Source: Bigelowiella natans CCMP2755
Lineage: Eukaryota > Protista > Cercozoa
Direction of reading: 5' to 3'
Length of the DNA stretch: 44,153 bases
Assembly (NCBI GenBank): GCA_000320545.1
Contig: ADNK01001192.1
Span: 1 to 44,153 of the forward strand
Position numbers and translations under genes: made by a program. This document shows positions 1 through 11,072 of this stretch, piece by piece (position 1 is the stretch's first letter; each line of letters begins with the position of its first letter). The notes under the pieces are model-generated. The model did not search any database and was not told the DNA's origin. It saw nothing but the letters and a program-made list of their open reading frames with translations.

Positions 1-1135
1 AACGGGGCGGTAACCATCCAAGGAGCTCAGGACTGTGCAGTACAAGATCAGGTGAAAGCTCTGTTCCAAGAAATTCTTTTGGCAATATCAAGGAGAGTGT
101 GTAGGGATGAATACCTCTCCTATGAAGAACAAGATATAGAGAATTTTGCATTTCTGTAGTTCTTGTTTCCCGGAAATATACTCTGTTATGTACACAGCCT
201 TTGTATTATCATTCGGAAGTTAAAGACAGCGAATCTCGTGGAACACGATGGGATGTTCTTTGAGCTGCAAATCACATTTTGCCTGATTGACATTGCAAGA
301 AATGTACTTTGCAGCCTTCCCAATCCTTACTAGGGGTGTGGTAAAAATAGTTCTTGTATTTCATATGGAATTGGTTCAGATAAGAAACGGTCCTTCCGGT
401 AATAATTTATCCATGATAGATGCAAAGGTTTCCAAGACCGACAGAGTCCAGGAGGAGCTATTTTGCATACGATTTCGAGGAAAATCTACCCGAGCGATAT
501 ATGATTCATGCATGGCAACGCATGTCTGCTAGATATATAGCCGCATGCTACATTGTGTCTATGTGTATGATCTAGCTACGCTAGTACGTGACGAAATGTG
601 ACGCCAGCTGTTATTATATTGGAGCCATCGTATCGACATCGATCATGCATGCAAGAACATCAATTATGCTTGTTGCGCAGTCATCAGTTGAGACAACTGC
701 GGCTAGCTAGCTAGAGAATGGCGCGCTGCTCGATAGCGCTAAGCTATAACTAGCCATATAACTTGCTAGCTGCACGTAATGCTACTACTATAACTATTCA
801 CCAACGATGTAGCGTAATTATTCCTTCTATTTGTTATTTTATTATTGCGTATGCGGTTGCGCTAGCGTAAGCGAAATGTCGCGGCATGATCTAGTGATCT
901 ATATTCTATATTGCATAGCTAGATAGCCTCCTTAATGCAAGCTACAGCGAGGGAAAATCAGTGGCTGGATTAATCATCCTCCGACGTTCGTGCTACGTGA
1001 TCATGAGATTTATTGTGTGATGTAGCAGTTCGGTTGGAACGGTACACATAACGCTAGTTCCCCAATAACATGTAATGCAAGAAGTAGAGGAAGCGGGGGA
1101 GGGTGCTAAAACACACGCGATTCTGAGTGAATGAT

Positions 1136-1200
1136 TTAATCATTATCACGAAGCCGCTTCTTTTTATCTTCCTCTTCCTTCTTGTGACGGTTACCGCCAT

Positions 1201-1235
<35 letters not shown>

Positions 1236-4200
1236 TTACTACTACTGCTACTACTGTTGCTGCTGGCGGTGCTACGACCACAAATGCTAGAAGTATTCTT
1301 ATCACTGTTATCCACGTAGCCTCCATCTTTACTACTGCTACTACTACAACTACTACTACTACCACTTTTCCCATCACTGCCACCACCACTACTATTTCTG
1401 TTACTACCACAATTACTCCTACTCGAAACATCGGCAAAAGTCTTTTCACTGCTGTATTTTTCCTGCTGCATTTGCTGCTGTATCGCTTTCGAGGGAGTCG
1501 TCGTAACCATTGTTTCTGGCCTATCTGCGAGTGATGCCCGCAATCCCAGAGCCCTCTCAACTGAACATGTGGGCAAGCTGAGGCCTGAAGCTAGATTGAC
1601 AATGCCTTCCCACACGCCGAGGAACGGGTGATTTGCCAACTGCGCCTTGGGTGTGAAGCTGCCATACGAGAGAGGAAAAAGAAAGATTAGACCGCGGAGT
1701 GATTCCAGAAGCATATCACGGAAACATCTCAACGACACAGAATTTTGATATGATTCAGAGAATTTAGACCGCTGTTTGATCTGTGGCTTACAACACGGGT
1801 CACACGCTCCCCCTCTCACATCTCTCTAATCTGACTGAACACGGATGATCGATGATAGAAAAGGCTGTAGCGTGCCAATAACTCAGTCTTCGATTCAATT
1901 GTGAAAAATTACTTCAAACGATCATGGTGACTCTAGTAGAGCATACAGTAGAACTATTGTTTCATATCACCCACAAACGCATACATCTGTAACCCACATC
2001 TACCCCCTTCCGGCTCCCTCCCCTTCCCTTCCGTTCCCCGACCTAAGGGGGGGGTTGATAAATATCATCTTACGTGTTCTTGAGCTTCTTCCACCGTTGT
2101 CCTGCAGCCACTTTCTCTACATTATGATGAGCAAAGATCTTCTTGCAGAGGCTGTGTCCTGACTTCTCCACGTAGGCCTTCACCACCCGCCGAATCTCGG
2201 GTAGCAGCTCCGCGCCATCGATGGCGCTGGTTCCGACCTGCTGTTGCCACAGCTTATGATGTTTACCTTCGGGCTTCTCAGCGAATGCGTCATTGTCGTG
2301 CCCTTGCATGAACGCATGCTCCAGCAGCCCCTGTGCGGAGGGCCTTTGGCCAGGATCCTTATTCAGCATGCTTGCGACGAATTGAACGACTTCGTTTGAC
2401 CATGTTCGTCGTTTCACCCCCGTAGTGTCAGTCATTGGATGAGAAGCAGATGAAGAAGAAGAAGGACAAGATGACGCATCACCAGTAGACTTCTTGGAAG
2501 AAGCATTGTCGCCATGGTCTGCATCTGGATTTCCAGGATTCGCTTCTTGCTGGTGCTGCGTGCGTTTTGACTCTCCACCCCCTCTTCCCTCTCCCTCTCC
2601 TATTTCTTGGCGGTGCGCCTCGGCTAAATTGGGGATGGGTCGGTTGACAACCAGGTCCTGCAAGTGTATGAACCCAGTCGATTCTGCAAATGGCAGCTTA
2701 CCGGTAGCAACCGCCATGAGGGTTATGCCAAGTGCCCATATATCTGCTGGGTATCTGCAACGTAAACCAAGGATCAAATGGAGAAAATTCTATCGACAAA
2801 TATTGACAGAGGTGCGCCCCCCGAAATTCACAATGATCTCTTGCGACACACGACAACGTTTTCATCATCACTGCATCCCACGTAATATCTGCATATGCAT
2901 CCCCCCCCCCCCCCCATTTTGCTCTCATTCATTTGTCCAGCTGGATACTTACGAATGTGGGCGGACGAGAAGCGTTCCCGGGGAGCAAAATGCCAGCGTA
3001 CCGCAAGCGTCTGTCGACATGCCCTCCACATGGCAAGCTAGGCCAAGATCGCCCACTTTGACGTGACCCATGTGTGACACTAGAATATTCGCAGCTTGAT
3101 GTCGTGTGAATGTATTAAACTCCTGAAGTGCGCGAGCGCGCTGAAGAATCCCGTAAGGGTTGGTTGCGGTTCCTTTTGCCACGCAACCCCCCCGCCCTTC
3201 TACCCCCTGGTGAAGGGGACCGTGTTCCTTTTTTTTGTTGGAAAAGAGGGAGAGCAATAGAGGAAGGGAGAGAGAAAGAGAGGTAGAAGGAAGTCAAGTG
3301 GAGGAGTGAGGGCGTATGAAAGGTCTTTTCCCATTTGGGTTTTGTTGTGAAGAGGAAGTGGAGGGGGGGGGGGGGGGGAGTATTTTCAGATCGGCTCAGA
3401 TTTGCCATGTACAGCACCATCCACTGCTACTACACTTACTACTACAGCTACTACTCGATGCATATGTTGACAGTCCCTGCGTCACGGTCAGGGAACGCTC
3501 CGTAATAAGAGAGGATGTTGTTGCAAGGGTGCACGGTTCCAACAGACTGAGGATGAGGATATGTTGATGAAGGATTACGGAGACAAGACAGAGTCAATAG
3601 TATCGCCTAATGACATATTCTGATGACGTCTCCTATTTCTACCATTACTTTGTGGTGATTGAATATCCACTGGGGTGCTCCGTGCTCATCGATTGGAACT
3701 AAGTTCTCATGCAACTCGTGTAGTTCTTGAATCAAGCTACAGGGTGGAAGGGAGGGAGGGGGAAGAGGAAGGCACAGTGCAGAGCCAAAGAGTTTAACGC
3801 ACGTGGGGATTGTTTGAAAATGTCTTGGTTGGATGATAAGGGAGAATAAGATTTAGCAACACTTATAAGAGTATTTCCCGACCTGTCTGCCTGTTCGTCC
3901 TCCATCGCCCTTACTTTAACGGCAATGAGACGCATCGTGCTCGTGTGCAACGCTAGGTAAACCGCGCTTGTAGTACCATTTCCGATCTTTCTTATCTTTA
4001 CCACGTTGTCTTTTAAGTCACGTGGTCCCTTCGATAACCAGAAAAAAAGAGGATTATTGGAACAAAGTGCAGCACCTTTTCTAAACGTGCGACCCGAATT
4101 GTGTGATTGCACGTGCATGGACTGCGCGCGCGTGTGTGCGTGTAAGTTTGTACAGATATATTTTCCTTAGCTACAATTAGATACCTCCAGCTCCAAAACA

Positions 4201-4622
4201 CATCCGATTTCATCTGATCGAAGGCTGCCAAGTGATAAGAGTGGAGATTTCGTTTCCGTAGAGCTCGAGACTGGTGGTAGTGAGATTTTGGCTGGGCGAA
4301 GAAGATCCAGCCTGCGTTTTCGTTTGCGAGGATTAGACACTTCTCCAAGATTACCCCCCCCTCCAGATCCTAATGAGGCATATAAATGTGATTGCAGTGT
4401 TAATAGGATATTTCATCCTTTGAGTGGGTCGTCATCGATATGTTCTTATGGATATTCGAATAATAGTGTTAGGCAGCGCACCCTGTGATTTGGAGACAGG
4501 TGTGGACTCTGGCTGCGATTCAATCTCGTTGATTTTCAATGGAAACGATTTTGTCTCTCCATTGTCAACCTCCATCATAGGAACGGAAGCAGCTTCTTTC
4601 TCCTTCATCTCCAGCTTGAATC
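1136..4622 (-). CDS. MAP kinase kinase (STE7/MAP2K-like) protein kinase, C-terminal half of a multi-exon gene
   Basis: Phase-compatible exons 4482-4622, 4185-4369 (RKRKRRLDLLRPAKISLP, D-motif-like), 3883-4028 (KIGNGTTSAVY...IAVK), 3649-3736 (LIQELHEL, helix C), 3455-3546 (NILSYYGAF...VNICIE), ~2953-3227 (garbled VIa/HRD, then ANILVSHMGHVKVGDLGLA...CGTLAFCSP), 2074-~2754 (YPADIWALGITL...GKLPF...MLNKDPGQRPSAQGLLEHAF) and 1136-1658 (Ser-rich tail, TAA). The family call is from recognised motifs. Confidence 0.85.
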
Positions 4623-4699
4623 CTGAGAAAGCAGGGCACCCTCCTCTCCTGATGTGATGAATATTCTTATTTAGCGGTTCAGAGCGCTTCCTTCAGCTT

Positions 4700-6602
4700 G
4701 GCTTATTACTATTTTTTTTGCGTAGGACGGGGTAACTAGGTAAGGAAAGGGTAGGCAGCAAGGGCAGATCGAAGTTAGTTGTACAAAGTCGGAAGTAGGG
4801 GGGCCACAAGCGTTGAAGAATAATGTCCCCAAAGCTGTTGAAACAAGAAGAAAACTAGAAAAAAATGCTTCAAAAATGTTGTCGCACGTTGCAAACGAAC
4901 AGCACAAAAGCCCAAAGTGCTTCAATCGTTCTCGGATTGACGACAGCGTCACGGGTATCTTCAGGTCTCATCTATGAAATGTAGGGCGGAAATTATTCTG
5001 AAGTCGTGATTAAGTTGGTGAGTATTTAATACAACGACATGATCCTGTGCTTGTCTCAGCACCTGCAAAATTAAAGGCTATGGCTACCCCTATCCTGGTG
5101 GACACCGTTGCCTTTGCGCCGGACATGTTTATTTGTTTCCGTTTGAAAAATTGTGCCGATTCACCCCCGTCGTTCTGCAGCTCATTTTGTTGTAGAGTGC
5201 TTGACCTTGCATCCCTTTGAAGAGGGTGTTGTTGTACATCTAAACGTTCCCTTCACTCGATTTTATTTTCAAGGTGATATTCGTTCTCCTCGCCTTGCCC
5301 ACACGGAGCACCCTTCCCCGCCATTCAAGACCTGCTTCCAGGGCTAATATTTATCGTACTGTTATCCCTACTCGAAGAGCCAGCCACCAGGGACGAAGAA
5401 GGCTGGGATGCCTGCCCCTCTCCCAAGGTAGGGTACCGAAACACAACAACGTAAAGAATGATTGGCGCGTACACCAAAGGGTTATATAGACATTTCTCCC
5501 TTGAAAAACTGACAAATAAATTGAAAAGATGATATGCTGGATGGTTCCACTTCGTTCGTGTTGTTGTAGGAGCAGTACGTACAGCAGCCGCTGAGGATGA
5601 TTCGCCATCATCTGTGCAACCAAGCCGTCTAGGCCTAAGGAGGATTCTCCCCCCAAAGAGGAACAGCGGCGAAGGCCCAGCCTCAGATACCAATGACAAC
5701 GAAGGATCGGGGGAGTCCGGACAGATCCGTCAAGAGGAGGAAGCAGACGAAAAACCAGCAATGGGAGGGGGGGGAGGTGAGATCCGATTTGCTCATTTCA
5801 TTCAGGTAATTGATATAATCATGGCTTTGCCATTGGATGCTTCCACCGATAGGATTTCAGGGTTATGGTCGTATGGACTCTGTACGCTCAAGACAACCAG
5901 ATGGTACTTTGCGGGTGGTGAAGTCCACCGTCTACGAGCACGTCGCATAATTAACGCATTTAAGATCTTTCTTTGCTTGCAGCTATCTGCAACAGCTAAA
6001 TTCTCGTTGTGATATTTTCGCAGGCATTTCCTCGAAGCCAGGGACCGTATCAACATCGACATCAGTCAAATTCTTCGGTGCCTCTGGCTCTGATGCCAGA
6101 ACTCCAACTAAACGTAGGACGAACCTTTACGAGCGGGAGGGAGGGGGGGTGAAGGGGGAGGGAGACGAAAAGAGAGCGTTTGAAAGCTTATCGTACGTCT
6201 TGTGAAAGGTTTGTACAACGTACCGTGGGAACTAGCAAATACACAGGTCAACGTGTTGCCCAATGCTTGATAGAATGAGAGGAGGATATGCATATTTTTA
6301 TCAACTTTCGATGATAACACACGCACGCACACACCCACGCACGCACGCACATCCATTGGTACTCTTATACGAGCGATGTTCGTATGTTCGGAGTTTTGGA
6401 GCTGTGCTCATGACATGTACTTGCAGGGAAACGGAGAGAGTACTTCTGAACCAGTGCTTTTGGACCTTCAAGGCGCCTTATTCGACGCCCTTCCGGTGCT
6501 CTCGAATCCCTATCTGAAATGAAAAAATGTTTGTGCGTGTGTGTATGTATGTGTGGGTTTATGCGTTTGTGTGCATGCGCTTATTTTTTTCTCGTGATTA
6601 TC

Positions 6603-6649
<47 letters not shown>

Positions 6650-7083
6650 AATGACTCTTGTAAACAGGTGCCACTCGTAAGAGCGTTGGACTATGAGGTT
6701 CTCCTTCCCTCCTCTCCTACCGACTTCTCTACCTCTACCACTACAATCACTCTAACAACCGCCATATGTCTACTCGTAAGCGTGCCGACTAAATTGTCAT
6801 CTGTCTTGCTGTTGTATTGTATGTGTTCTGTGATGGTGCCCTTCTCAAAGGGCGCTGAGGTGGTAGGCGACGGAGAATCACGTGCTCCTTCTCGGTCAGA
6901 GATGTTCGCCATCAGACTCAACGTCACGGCTACAGTACAACGAGCACCTGGACTGGTCAACAATATGATGAAAACCCCATTCTTCATTCTATGATGTATG
7001 TTTCAATGCCGGTGGAGGTTGATTTTCTCTTACTGCTTAACTACCCTTTTTCTTCTCTGCTCTCCCATCTTGAATGTACACAA

Positions 7084-7149
<66 letters not shown>

Positions 7150-7474
7150 TGAGAGAGATGGAGAGGGAGAGGTAGAGAGAGACTGACTATGTGTGTGTGT
7201 GTATGTGTGTGTGCGTGTGTGTGTGTGTGTGTTTGTGTGTGTGATACTCGTCTACCTACGAAGAACATTGCCGCGCAAGTTGGCGGTCGTGGGCAGGAAG
7301 TGAGAGGGAATCTCAGGATCTGGATGATTAGAGCCAAGTATATGTCCACGAAGGAATAATATTGACAAACTGTGATTTCTTCTATCGCCATATCATCATA
7401 CTTTCACTACTTGCATATGCATTTTGTTGGATTCACATCAGCTCGTTCTGTTCTATTCTTGGTCATGTATATAA

Positions 7475-7528
<54 letters not shown>

Positions 7529-7561
7529 TCATCCATTTCTGGTGTTAAGTGGCCCTCAAAC

Positions 7562-7597
<36 letters not shown>

Positions 7598-8640
7598 AAT
7601 GGCGATGGTAATCCTAGGTACGAGTGTAGCCTCGATGACATGCCCTCCGACTCAATGATCCAGAGCCGCCTCAATACTAAATACGATGTAAGCCTATCTT
7701 GGGGTGTTTTCTGAGTTTCTTTTGTCTCATTGCTTGTTTGCATCGAGAGAGCAGAAAAGAAGTGAAGAAGTACAATATAATATTACATAAATATTACATA
7801 TTATTGTAGATATTCATAGATACACTTATTAAAGGTGATGAAGTCGAGCATTGTGAATCTTGACAGCGAAATCAACGAAGTTAAAAAATCGTTTGTAATA
7901 CGTAAGGTTGTTAAAATATGTGTATGTATGTATGTATGTATGTATGTATATGTGTGAGAGGGGGGGGGGGGGGGGGGGAGGCAGAAAGAAAAGAAGTAAG
8001 GAATTGCACCATTGCTGTAGCCCTCGTCTTTATCCGGTCGTCTGTCTCTTCAAATACATACAGGACCTGAAGTTAGACCCCGTTGATGGAATATGGAAAT
8101 CTGACGACACCAATGAGAGGTGTTTATACACGTACCTTTTGCAATGAACATCTCCCACCGCAAAGGGTTGCACCTGAAGAGTACAAGAGCCTACATTTTG
8201 AGACTGTTGTGGTCTAAAGTGTCGTTCTTTCCTACAGATACTACCTTTGGTTTCAAACTGAGACCGAAATGGATGCGCCCAGGGCAATGAAGCACACAGT
8301 AAATTTAAGATGAGAGCGGGAAGAGGGGGGGGGGGAGGGGATGGAGGAAGGAATGAAGTGGAGAAATAGAGACCGAAATAGGTGGAAACGGCAAGAGATT
8401 TAGTCTGATATTACTAGTGTCATGAGGATCCCCCCCCCTTGAAGAGCTTAATGCAATGCTTGCTGTCTTTCGCAGATAAAGCTAGAGAATAAGGTCATCT
8501 ACACAGATACCGATATTGATGCAAAAAGGTAGTAGGCTCCAAGATATTTCGACGGGCGTGTAGTGCTCTTCTGCTCGCTTCCTCTTTCTCTTTCTCCCTC
8601 CTCCCTCCACCTTCAATCTCTCGGTTTTTTAACACAGCTT
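4700..8640 (-). CDS. Probable upstream exons of the same kinase gene, with faint START-like (~6800-7700) and RhoGAP-like (~4750-5500) segments
   Basis: Splice-site-bounded coding-like pieces: SYLVLRRLWIIESEG (~7640), NHPDPEIPSHFLPTTANLRGNVL (~7290), GVFIILLTSPGARCTVAVT (~6950), PFGV...GIPAFF / AGLEWRGRVLRVG (~5300-5480), MRPEDTRDAVVNP...FVCN/FGDIILQRL (~4800-4970). No intergenic-type spacer lies between 1136 and ~8880. The exon chain could not be fully closed and the domain calls are tentative. Confidence 0.4.
7084..7244. repeat. Compound microsatellite (CA)n-(GA)n-spacer-(TG)n; representative of dozens of intronic SSRs (CT/GA, CA/TG, TA, CAT, TAG, poly-G/C) across the window
   Basis: Read directly from the sequence. 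Other examples: 6605-6643, 7478-7529, 11033-11068, 12211-12252, 14781-14843, 42155-42260, 42995-43085. Confidence 0.95.
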
Positions 8641-8879
8641 TAACAAAGGGCAACTATAAAACAACACTTTGGTTTTGATAATATTTTTCAAGATCTCACT
8701 ATTCGTGGTTTTTTTAAAACTCTACAGACGGAGCAATATGCGCTCTCAACCCAGAAAGCGAAGATAAAATTTTCCTCAGAATTCCGTTTGATCGCTACAT
8801 CGCGGCTAGCAAGAAACATGAAAAACAGTGAAAATTTTAGCCCGAGAGCCATGATCACATTTAGGTGCTAAACTGCTGT

Positions 8880-9215
8880 ACTTGCTGATGTCATTGCTGT
8901 TCCGTTCATTCAGCTATCATCTAGATCAATAAATGATGATCATGGCATGATTTGCTTTATTGTTGCATGTGTGCATGCTCATACTGCATGCCATGCAGCA
9001 TGCTAGCATGGCGTAGAGAATCGTATCCACGGTGGCGAGGCACATCTAGACATGGACAAATACAAGTATGCATATAACTATATGTCACTAATATCGCACC
9101 TAGGCAGTAGCTGCGTTGTGCATACTACTAGACTAGCATATACATATGACTGTGCAAGAATAGGATCGCATCATCACCATGCGCTAGCATGCTAGCATGG
9201 ATCCTTCATGCAGCA
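8880..9215. promoter_or_regulatory. Intergenic spacer between divergently oriented kinase (-) and ZIP (+) genes; candidate bidirectional promoter
   Basis: Position between the two inferred 5' ends. Rich in GCTAGC/CATG/GCATGC and free of microsatellites. Function is inferred from position only. Confidence 0.45.
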
Positions 9216-9560
9216 CGTGGGAGGAAAGCGCTCTGCGGAGTGCGCGCCAACAATCACCTGTCCAATCTGGTAGGGATTACACAGTGGAAATAGCAATTTT
9301 GATGCAATGAGAACGAACGACGTTATCGTGTGCTCACCTGGCCTTTGCAAGTTCTCTTGAACAAAGCAACATCATCAACGAGTGAATGAGAAGCAAGTGC
9401 ACGCCTGCAACGCTAGCAGAACGCTTTTCCACAACGGTTACCTTCCGTAACTTCTTTCTTCTCTTCGGCGGCGGCTCCACTGCTCAGGGAGGAAGGACAC
9501 TCCATTTGTGGAACGCTGTTCCCATCGTCGGGCCACCTGGAGACATGTCTAGAAGTGCAC
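9216..9560 (+). pseudogene. Degenerate inverted duplicate of the 3' exon-intron-exon of the ceramidase-like gene (28140-28396)
   Basis: 9216-9324 aligns to the reverse complement of ~28294-28396, and 9421-9545 aligns to the reverse complement of 28151-28277 (e.g. cgtgggaggaaagcgct, tccaatctggtag, agggaggaagga, ccatcgtcggg, cacctggagaca). The intron is retained. The copy has a 5-nt insertion, a 3-nt deletion and a ~100-bp insertion. Confidence 0.9.
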
Positions 9561-9640
9561 ACACATGCGAATGTGGTCACATCGGGGAGTTGTGTTCATT
9601 GAAGTGCACACACATGCGAATGTGGTCACATCGGGGAGTT
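9552..9640. repeat. Exact 40-bp direct repeat, 2 copies, period 49
   Basis: gaagtgcacacacatgcgaatgtggtcacatcggggagtt at 9552-9591 and 9601-9640. Confidence 0.95.
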
Positions 9641-9925
9641 TCTTCTTGGATGTCACAGCGTCCTTTTGGCAGTTGGCGGCTCAAAAAAGGGCTATCATTG
9701 TGTGACATGCGACAACATTATTTACTTGTCGCAGCCTCAAGAAATCACTAGGAAATTTTCCACCTCCTTGTAGATGATGCGCCGCTCGTGCTTCAAGGGC
9801 CATCGGCCCACCCCCACCAGGTATTCTTCTTGGTTAGCTTTTCTTGCGTATGTCCGATCAAGAAGGATCTTGGAGGAGGGAGGGAGGGGGGCAGCGAAAT
9901 CTATGGTCCGGGGTGGATGTGAGCG

Positions 9926-11031
9926 ATGGCGCTAAGCGGGATTGTGTGTTGGGATGCTTTGTGCAGGCTCGACAGAACGTTCGGAATGGGTGTACTCCTG
10001 GTCGCCTTCTTGGTCATAGCAGTGGCGGCATTGGCGGGATCAACTTCTTCGTTTTCAAATGTTTATGAGGAGCAGATGTTGAACGAATCCAAATCGCCAG
10101 CCGACACGCAAACGGTTGAGAAGAAGGAGTCTCTTACAGGAGGCGAACATACAAGTAATTATCAATAATGGACGGGGTCATTTCACTAAATATCGCTGTA
10201 TCGCCATCTTCTTATCTTCCATATCATCACTTCTCTTGAATTTCCTCCTTCAGGTTTCACACAGATATTAGTTATTGCTACCATTCCTGCGGCAACGATG
10301 CTCTCGGGAAGCTTGGTATACAAAAGCGAGAGGAGGACGATTCTAGAATAGGATGATCATCATGACGAAAATAACAAACGGTTTCGAAAGTTTTTGGATC
10401 ACAGTCATCGCTGATTTTTGTCTTTGTGAGACGAAAGTATCTGTTCCCAAACATTGTTAATCTGAATCACGAAAGCCATTCTCCCCCTCCTCCTACTCCT
10501 CTCCTCGGGAGATTGCTATGCAACCTGATACTGATGACATTACTACTCCGTCCACTACTACTACGGAAGCCTATATTGATAATGATAGTGTTCAGCAATT
10601 ACAAGTGCGTTTTGAACAGAGGACAACATTAGAATTGACGAGCTATTCAATAGGCGGCGTTCGTGATTGAATTTTCGAGCTCATTCCTGCATTCTATGCA
10701 GCATTTTGCTGCAGGAGTACTGCTTAGGTCATTGTATATGGATGTGTTTTGGACGATAGAAGAAGAGATAAACCAGGGTTGTGGTGAATAGACATTCGAT
10801 CCGAAAGGTCTTGCGTATTAAAATAAAAGTGAAAATCATTTCAAGGCGAAAGCGTGCGTACCACTAGTGTCGGGAATGAGTCTGATTTCTCGCTTATGTC
10901 AATTTAATAATAGTGCGATTTCGACTGAGTTACTGCCCCCGGTGATACATGCTTCAACGAACTGGAAGTATCGGGTACAAAGAAACGACGACGATGCTCA
11001 CAGCTACCAGTGCTGCTGCTGCTACTGCTCC

Positions 11032-11072
<41 letters not shown>

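Noticed and set aside
1-480. Coding-like sequence at the window start (open stretches on both strands)
   Set aside because: Strand, frame and product could not be established from the fragment.
1054-1560. Poly-Val/poly-Thr ORFs and the many THTH/LSLS/IYIY/VCVC ORFs in the track
   Set aside because: Alternative-frame or antisense translations of microsatellites and of the kinase's Ser-rich last exon.
4623-4710. In-frame TGA within apparently continuous coding frames (also ~14657 and ~30842), suggesting stop-codon reassignment
   Set aside because: The first two fall in plausible phase-compatible GT-AG introns (e.g. a|gtaata...ctttctcag|ga), and the third probably does too. The Trp codons I checked in resolved exons are TGG, and genes end in TAA/TAG.
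9552-9640. Repeat-spacer-repeat resembling a mini CRISPR array
   Set aside because: Only two units with a 9-bp spacer, no cas genes, and a eukaryotic context.
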